DNA from: Trichosphaerium sp. ATCC 40318
Taxonomy: Eukaryota > Protista > Tubulinea
Reading direction: 5' to 3'
NCBI GenBank assembly: GCA_038496445.1
Contig: JALMLS010000594.1
Span: forward strand, 62,001-126,000
DNA: 64,000 bases
Below are positions 53,280 through 64,000 of this stretch, piece after piece; position 1 is the first letter of the stretch, and each line of letters starts with the position of its first letter. The notes under the pieces were generated by a model. The model was not told the origin of the DNA. It saw only the letters and a program-made list of their open reading frames with translations, and made no database searches. A program made the translations under genes and the position numbers.

Positions 53280-54900
53280 ATAGCACAATTTGCTGTTGGT
53301 ACATATCGTAAAAGTGTAACACTATCATTTCTAAAGAAATAGTGTTTAGTAATGAAAAGAATAAGGCACCAAGAAAGAGAAAAGGATCAAATAGAATTAT
53401 TAAGCCAAATTTGCTTTGTGGTTAAAAAAAAACCTTCACTAAAGCCGTTTTCATATAAAATAACTTAAATTTGTAGTGTAAGGTAAAATGTTTAGATATA
53501 ATCACTGTAAACGTACGCATTGTTTAGTGATACCTGTGAAAAAAAAGGGTAAGATAAATCGAAATTTAAGAAAAAAGTAAGAATTGACTTTGTCAATTGA
53601 TGAAATAACCTTCCTCTCAAAAAATTGAAGTAAGAGGGAAAATGAAGAAAAAAATCAAAAGGTAAGCGTACCCCTACTCTTATTGTTTTGCCAGTAAAAG
53701 GTGGTCTCCGTTTTCCTGTTTCTTTCTTAAAATTATCCCAACAAACTCCTACATAAATACAACTTATAAACAAATAACATTCCAAAAAGGTTATCTATTC
53801 CTTAAAATCTGGTTTTTCGTGCGTAATAATAAAAAGCATACCTTGAGATACACCATCTTTAAAGAACTCTATTCGTCCCTTTTTTGAAAAAAAAAACATC
53901 AACAATCAACAACTTCATGTAATATAACCCTATATCGGGTTTTTTGTACCTCATCCATATTTATAAGCTACATCAATACTTAGTCACGTGTATTAAAGCA
54001 AAAAAAAAAGACAACAAGAAGTTTAGGGGTCAGAACAACAACGAACCATGCCAATTACTGCTTTTACTGTATATGATTCACCATAAGGTGTTCCACCATC
54101 TTCTGGAGACTTTGTACCATCACTCCTTCTTATTGTTAGATAACACGTACAAACGCATCAATTAATCAGTTACCTATAACACCACCTAATAAAAAAAATC
54201 GTTAACACGTGAAAAGCACGTGATAAAAAGAAACCAAAACATACCCATGAGAGTGTAAAGCTTTATCATAGTTTTTTCTAAAACCAAATCCTATCATATA
54301 CGAGTATGGTCCATTATCTAGAACATGTTTTAGTAGTTACCCACATAATATATTTAATATGACGTACATGCATCCACACGAAACTCGAAATAATGTGTTC
54401 CAGAACGTAAAGGCAATCTAACCATTGTTTAAAAACCAAAAAAAAAACTTTAAAATAAACTCTCGTGTCTATTGCAAAATATCTTCAAACAAATAATATC
54501 ACTCGCTACACTCGCACAATATATCATCAATAATAAATACATCAAAATATTTTCTGCAGAGTCATCATAAAGTCGTAAAAAAACCAAACAAACAAATTCC
54601 GTAAAAATAATTTGTCTTTTTTGGGATAAAGCTAAATCCAAAAATACGAGAGATTCTCTTGAACAGTTAACGATTAAAATAGACGTACCCAACAAATGCC
54701 GTTTCGAATGTTGAAGAGTTTGTTGTAGCACAAGTGTTTGCTTTTTCGAATGTAATCGCTGATTTGCCTTTATAGAACTTGTGATCAAACGTGGAGCCCT
54801 ATTAACGCGTTAGAAGGTCATTTACGTAATAAAAACGCCAAAGATACGAAAACTACGCTAGCGACCACAATAAGCCATAATTTGGCGTATACATTGTAGT
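53280..54900 (-). CDS. SPRY-domain protein made of many micro-exons (ends uncertain; missed by the ORF track)
   Basis: Spliced LPLRSGTHYFEFRVD, YMIGFG, GWCY, RSDGTK..TPYGESYTVKAVIGMLINMDEGRIEFFKDGVSQGVCW, VSLNN..DSVTL; hydrophobic N-terminal segment. Confidence 0.78.
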
Positions 54901-55525
54901 CCTTACGCAATTTTAGCTTAATAAGATGATTTAGCGTCAAATTAAAACGAATACAAGGTTTCGTTGTTTTAGCGCTTATTGCGTACCAGTTTTAGTTTTA
55001 GCTTCGTAAAATGCTTCTAGAAGTGCGTTTAGTGATAAATTACACGTCTTTTTAATGAATTTGTTCGTACTTGAACATAATACGAAAATAAACGACATAC
55101 TAAGCTCGCTTGGCTCATGCTACGAATATCACAAGCCAATAGAATCTATTTTGTTTTAGTTACAGGTATATAATTAGTTATAATTCCACCTGTACTATGA
55201 GTTCTACCGGTAGAACCTCATACAAAGGTAGCGTATCAGTATGTTCCATTTTCTTCAAAAGACCATCAATACCACTATAATACTTATATCTACCTTCCCT
55301 ACTATACTACGCTAGTAGTGGCAACGGTACGACTGCTTTTAATAGACAAACAAAGTCAAAACACAAAAAAAACAAAAAAAACGAGTTTCACTCAAAACGG
55401 TTTTTAATCGAAGCTACAATTATGAATGGCATTTATTACAACATATATTACCCGTTTGTGCATATATGCACGTAACTAAAGCAATACCAAACGAGTAAAA
55501 TAAATAAAATTATTTCAAGCTACAA

Positions 55526-58104
<2,579 letters not shown>

Positions 58105-58662
58105 AGCAGCTGGAAATACTGTGGTAATGTGCTCTAACCGCTGTAGTGAGTTGTTTGTACTCACCGTTAGTACAGTATTGCTGTTTTACAACTTAGGACT
58201 AGGGTTTGAGACTTTTTCGATTTTAACTTTGTTGACCAAAAACACAAAAGCTGGAACTGTTTCGACAGACAGCATTTGAGGTGTTGACGATTATGGCAAA
58301 TATCGATTAAAGGAAAAAAAACCTGGGTAGAGAGGTTTGAGACTTTTTCCAATAATAATTGAGAGTGTTTATTATTATGTAGTACAGCGAGAGGGGGTTT
58401 GAGGCTTTTTTGCAGGTAAATAAACAGTTTTTTTATTAATACCAAGTAGATAGCGCTGCTGTGTTGTGATCTATCCAGTGAAGCGCAAGCGAGCCATTTC
58501 CGCGAGTAAACAGTTTTGCAATTGATCTCCACGAAGCCCTTGCGAGTGCAGTGCCCTCCAGTTGCCTAGGTAAACCTTGAGCGGGTATCAAGGTTTAGCG
58601 AAAGTAGACTGCCATAAGTTTGGTCTATTATGGCCGGTACCTTAAGGCTGTTTAAGGTGTCT

Positions 58663-60644
58663 TACAGTACCTCCACATACATGAGACACCCAATAAAGTA
58701 TTTTTTAGTTGTGTAGAGGTAGTTTTCCTGAGTACACAAATTATCTTAAAAACACGTGGAAATCTGGGATTTTTTGTTATTTCATGTCCTTTTTGTTTAA
58801 ATGGCTTGTTTAATAGCCAAATGACCTGTTTGTGTATCTTAGTGATATCAGGGATGCTTAGAGATAGCCGTGGCATCCGTGACTGGTGATGACATGTGGT
58901 GTCATTGGTTTAAGTCTGTAAGCCCATAAATCAATTGATAACACTTCACACAAGATGCCACACAGGAAATACAACAAACAACTTAGTACAGAAACCAAAA
59001 ACACCATTGGACGACTGTATGTTGCACTTAAGAATGATGGTAGCAAGGGTAAGTTTGTTGCCGCCATTCACAGAGCTGGATTCAGTCAAGTATCAAGCAG
59101 AAGTATAAGAAGATGGGCAAGACAAATAAAAGTAAATGGTACTGGTTTTTATTTTTTTTGAGACTCACTACAAGCACAGGTACCACTGCTAATCGAAAGC
59201 CTGGTCCTAAAAACCGATCAAAGCTATCTTCTAAACAATTATCTATGATACATGGCATGCTTCTTGATGCAGAAAAACACCAAAGAATAACATCTTTAAA
59301 AACTGTCAAAAGTTTTATCAATCATGTTTTGGGGGTTGACATTCGATCATTAAGCACTGTTAGCAAGATACTTGCCTCTTTAAACATGACTTCCAAGATG
59401 GTAAGTGTTTTATAACCTGTTAAAAGTACTAGATAAGTGTATTTAATATGCTTAGGTCCAAGCCAGAAGAGCTTCAGCAAAAACCAACTATGAAACTGCT
59501 GCCCAAGAGATGTGGACTTTTCTGCAAGATGTTCGATCTAAAATAACCTCTAGAAATCCTAATCAGGTTGCTTCTATCGATTTTACCTATACAAGGCACT
59601 CACATAAGCGATCAACATCCTTCACACCAAAGTACTTTTTTTTATTGTTCTTTTTTTTTTTTCATCTTTTGTGTAGGGGAAATACTTCACCAGTGGATGC
59701 TAACACTTATACCAAGTATACCAATGCATTGATTACTCTTTGTTTTTATTCAGGAGAGGTTTATGTGATGGCTTTTACTTACAGTCCAGCTTTTAGACCT
59801 AGTGACACCCACAAACGTACTGGAGATCAACACCAATACTTAATTTTTTTTTTCCATTGTTTAAAAGACTCTACTAACTATGTAGTAGGTTTTACAAAGC
59901 GTATAAAGGCCAAAATTATGCACCTTAACAATGTTTATGAAGAAATGGATATTAGCAGCGAATGGGTCCAATGGATGGAAAGCAAATCAGCCTATGTTGG
60001 TGAGACCAAAGAATATGTAAAGTTTTTTTTGGATAAACTTGTGACTCTTGGCAAGCTATCTAAAGACACTTTGATGTTTTTTGACGGTGGAAATGCTTTT
60101 AACACCATCAAAGGAGGCACTAATTCTGTATGATTTTATTTACAAGTGTTGTGATGTAGTGTTAAGCGTTTTTAACAGGTGGTTGAGATAACAGTACCTG
60201 GATGCCTTCATATCATCTATCCAAGTGTTGTACATCACCTTCTCTCACCCAATGATAACAACTGGCATGCTGCAGCGAAAAAAACTTGGAATGGTTAGTC
60301 TAACAGTCTTTATTGGTATTATTTACACTGTGTAGGAAGTGGTATTTCTAGAATGGATGATGCCAGAAGTACCTTGTACTTAATGAAGTGTTTGCTTGAA
60401 ACCAAGCCTGCTCATATTCAAAAATGGTTTAATTGTAACCTTCTTAGTGCTCAGTCATTGGCAGATTGTTATTTGATATGCAGTTGTAAAAGATACACCT
60501 TTGGAGAAGTACCAGATGCAAAAGTAATAGAAGCCAAAGCCAATTTTCAGGCCTTGGCTAACATGGAATTATTCAAACAATGAGATGATGCTCAGCCTTG
60601 GCATCCATTTTACCTAGAGTATTAAACAAGAATTTGAAACTAAC
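58663..60644 (+). mobile_element. IS630/Tc1/mariner-superfamily transposon with an intron-containing transposase (CDS 58955-~60583)
   Basis: Two HTH-like segments (VSSRSIRRW, SLSTVSKIL) with a KPGPK linker; catalytic SIDFT, MFFDGGNAF and YPSVVHHLLSPNDNNW; TA|CAGTACCTCC TIR-like left end at 58663. No right TIR found. Confidence 0.75.
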
Positions 60645-61357
60645 AACACGTGATTAATAAATTTTTCTTTATTGGACTTTTTTTTTTGCAATGTAAAAAG
60701 TTACTCGGCACTTGTTTTTTTATTCATGAATAAAAATCTGGGAACAGTTCTCAAGGCCATTATTGCCTGAACCTATGGCTGCACTCTTGTTAAAAATCAC
60801 ATGACTTTTTCTTTTTGAAAGTTTTTTATTAGAAGGGTTGAGACTTATATTTGTGATTCAGGGTGTCATATTAGTTTCTCCGCACCGAAAAATCGCAGAT
60901 TACGACCTTTGACTTGCCACTAGCAATACCAAGTCTGCACAATTTTGTGGGCAATCTCGATATGGGGTCTATCAACTGTGCTTTAGGCGGAGATGTTAAC
61001 GTAGTCTCTCAAACTGGAAAAAAAATTTGTGCCCACACGCTTTTGAGCTTCAAACCCTCTCCAGATACGTTTATTTCGCCAATGAGGACCGCTCATAAAA
61101 GGAAGTGTACAGGATCGGCACTGTGCGACGAGAAACTTTTGCTATTTTTTCGTGTCATTGATAACAAGCGTTTTAACGCGTTGCTTACGCAATAAACCAC
61201 ATAATAAACGATTTTCAAGCTGTAATTGCGTGTCAATAAAATAGTGACACGGTAAAAAAGCAAACATGTGCTTAATCGCAATAAATGCATTGTATCTACC
61301 GTTTCCGAGCATTTTTATACCGTATAGTGTGTTTTTTTTTGCCGAAAACTCGATTTA

Positions 61358-61473
61358 GTGGCTTGCTTGCACTTCGCTGGTCTTGGTTATCAAGTACGCT
61401 GTAGATTGATTAGACTAACTCAAAGGTAGTGGCTCACTTGGGCTTGGCTGGCATTGGTTATCTTGTACGCTGT
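61358..61473. repeat. Two imperfect ~45-bp direct repeats; partial inverted copy at 58475-58496
   Basis: GTGGCTTGCTTGCACTTCGCTGG..TACGCTGT and GTGGCTCACTTGGGCTTGGCTGG..TACGCTGT; CCAGTGAAGCGCAAGCGAGCCA at 58475 matches 19 of 22 nt. Confidence 0.6.
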
Positions 61474-61681
61474 TAGGTACCTAACTTAGGACGGCGCCTT
61501 TGAATTAAGGTAAGCGGCCAGCCTTGTTGAATGCGATAAGAATTTTGTAATTACAATTTGGTACTCATTCACAGTACTCAAGAATGGTTGCGGTTGAGTA
61601 TCATGTAATGCTAAGAATTCCTATAGAACTTGGATAGAATTCGTATGGAATTACTTGAGAACTGAATGAGAAGTAGAAAAT

Positions 61682-61968
61682 ATATGAAATTTCCCATAAA
61701 TTTCTATCTGTTTTCATCAGTTATCTATCCTACTTAAACTGTAAATAGTAATAAATTAGAACTTACATTAACGTTACAACTGTTCCGTTACAATGAATAC
61801 TGGTGAATATGCCTATTCATTCACAACAGAAGCGCTTTGGTCTCCACATGGTGTATCATATGAAATTTTCCATAAATTTCTATCTGTTTTCATCAGTTAT
61901 CTATCCTACTTAAACTGTAAATAGTAATAAATTAGAACTTACATCAAACGTTACAACTGTCCGTTACA
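61682..61968. repeat. ~110-bp near-perfect direct repeat pair (61682-61792, 61858-61968)
   Basis: ATATGAAATTT.CCATAAATTTCTATCTG...CCGTTACA occurs twice with a ~65-bp spacer. Confidence 0.95.
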
Positions 61969-62422
61969 TTCGGTATAAGTCAGCCTACACACAATGGAAT
62001 CAGTAGTGTCGGAGTGCCCTCATACGCCTGTAAAACAGAAAAAGACGCCCTCAAAGCAAGATTGTGAGTGACTGTTCGCTATTTAGAATAATACCACGTT
62101 TTAATGACACTCAATAGCTCCTTCAGTCAAAAAGAGAACAAAGAAGATAAAAACCTTTCAACCATACGCTCAGTACGTAACCGACACTTTACATCAACCA
62201 ACATGACGTAGGTACTTATGTGAGAACGCATGCTATGTTCCAGAGAACCCACGAAGCCATACACTACCGTATAGTCGCATTACGTTAAAACGAAAAGAAG
62301 AGAACGAAAGAACACGTACGTTTAATTCTGACGCGTTTTAAAACACGCACACTTACAGCTGACAGGTGAGTGGCTTTTGAATTTTTCTTACGCGGAAAAA
62401 CCGCTTCACACAGCAACACCAC

Positions 62423-63535
62423 ATGCCCAGGAATTTCACGGATTTGAGTACGGCGCCAATTTTTTTCTTTAAACTTCATTCTTCTTCACCCACTGACAAT
62501 GTCAAAAGAGAAATCTGTGTTGAAGCAACTAGAGGTGATGCTTGCATATACGGTATCATTATTTATGATCCTGTCCGTGAGAAATATTCTGTGCGTTGAG
62601 AGTGTTTCTTTTTTTTTGGAGCAGAATCATTGTGCTTATTTTGGATTAGCGCTATATAGGCAAGGCTAGTACTATACGTGCTCGATTAGGCGGTTCTCCT
62701 AAAGCTACGTCTGGTCCTCATAGTCGTGATGTATTAGAATGTCTTGAGTTTATTAAGGAGTCCTCTAGAGGGAATGAACCTAAGGCAGTACTTAATTTTT
62801 TATTAAACCAAAACAAACAGCTAGTTGATGTAGTCACTGCAGCTTCTGTTGTTCATTGTTGTAAATATCTAGCGAAATATAAAAATATGTACTTCAGTAA
62901 GTCTATAAACCACACAGAAGGCAAGGCATTCAAAGCTGATTACCTTGAAGCAAACAAAGAAGCATACGAGGTAAAAACGGAATTTATTGAGAACGACAAA
63001 AAAGCATCCTCCATTTTTTCTGAGTTTTCTTTTACAGCATATGCCTCACTGTTATCAGTATGGTAGTTGGATATATATCCTTTCAAAGCTTAGTAAGTCA
63101 GCTCAGGACTTAGTAATAAAAGAAACATGGTTAAACGAGAATGAGGCAAAGTACATTGAGGACTTTAACACAAAGTTACCAAACGGCTTGAACATAGTAG
63201 ATGTAAGTTGACTTCAAATAAACTCACTGGATTAATAGTACTAGGCACAAAATAGAAATAGCCCGAAGAAACCATCACCAAGGCAGATAATAAAATCACT
63301 ACAGATACAAAACAATCAATTAAAAAGCAAAGATGAAGAATACAAGGATTCCATAAAAAAGTTAACAGAAGAACTTGAGAAACTAAAGATGATTTCAAAG
63401 AAAAGACAACAGTTGGATCCATTGGTACAGTATAGAAACAATATAGATAAAGTTGTAAAAAGAAGCCGTGAGAGAAATGAAGCAATGTATAGGAGAAATA
63501 GGCAACGTGTGCTTGAAATGCAAAGCCGACAATAA
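62423..63535 (+). CDS. GIY-YIG endonuclease-domain protein with a C-terminal coiled coil, multi-exon (missed by the ORF track)
   Basis: Spliced ACIYGIIIYDPVREKYS|RYIGKASTIRARL, and later WLNENEAKYIEDFNTKLPNGLNI, carry the Y, Y, R, E and N catalytic residues. Middle exons are uncertain. Confidence 0.72.
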
Positions 63536-64000
63536 ACGTATTTATTCTTCGTTCTCCTCCCAGTTATATCCGCGCGAACTGTATGCTTCAACAACGGCAT
63601 AACGCATACCATAGCATGTCTAAGCACGTGAACTGCCTCTCTCACTATGCCGACTCATAAGACTTGCGTCTTGAAATCGTAGCAGCCAGCGCTACACAAC
63701 AAACTAACAAAGCGTCAACTAACTGTTTTTTACAACGCTGTGTCTGGTGTTCATTGTCCAAAATATCACCCAAAACGAGTCAACTGCATTCGTACAACAA
63801 GTATCTGATAAATTTGTACTTTTAAGAAATATCTATCACGTGATAACCTATGTCTAAGGTATGTTTTCGCAAGAAATAAAGTCAACAATGTTTTAATGGC
63901 AACGACGCTCTCTAAGATATTTTAGACTCCAAAGGATCATAAATCGCCAAAGCGTGGGGTATATATACCCCAAACAATACCGTTCATACTCTACTAGACC

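Noticed and set aside
60860-61100. Minus-strand fragment resembling a methyltransferase motif (KVVICDF..CGE), and a search for a Fanzor/TnpB beside the transposase
   Set aside because: The methyltransferase reading needs several frameshifts, and I saw no RuvC or zinc-finger motifs.
58631-61520. TGGCCGGTACCTTAA / TTAAGGTAAGCGGCCA as the transposon TIRs
   Set aside because: Short and imperfect, and their order relative to the 58475/61358 motif is inconsistent with a simple TIR pair.

Overview
AT-rich (roughly 35% GC) nuclear DNA from an intron-rich microbial eukaryote, most likely an amoeboid protist (inference from gene content). Introns are short, with GTACGT/GTATGT/GTAAGT donors and CTAAC branch points, so the ORF track fragments most genes. 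I spliced them by hand, and exon boundaries are approximate. Spliced genes: a receptor tyrosine kinase-like gene, a GT8 glycosyltransferase, a Mal d 1-associated-like protein, a Cdc123/R2K ATP-grasp protein, an arylsulfatase, a Deltex E3 ligase, a bacterial-type nitrobindin, a Cys-rich secreted protein, a deoxynucleoside kinase, a SPRY protein and PKB/Akt. The 12.8-46.3 kb region is a rearranged surface-gene locus. It holds three FUT8/GT23-like fucosyltransferase paralogs with Pro/Thr stalks (intact, deleted, frameshifted and locally hypervariable), two inverted copies of a GPI-anchored CBM-like protein, and TA-flanked MITE copies near the duplication borders. Intronless F-box+LRR and F-box+MORN genes are scattered through the window, and one LRR pair is missing from a paralogous 'empty site'. 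The right end has an intron-rich IS630/Tc1/mariner transposase next to an intron-containing GIY-YIG nuclease gene. The strongest unexplained DNA-level signal is the palindrome CACGTG: about 74 copies by manual count against about 6 expected, spread over exons, introns and intergenic DNA.
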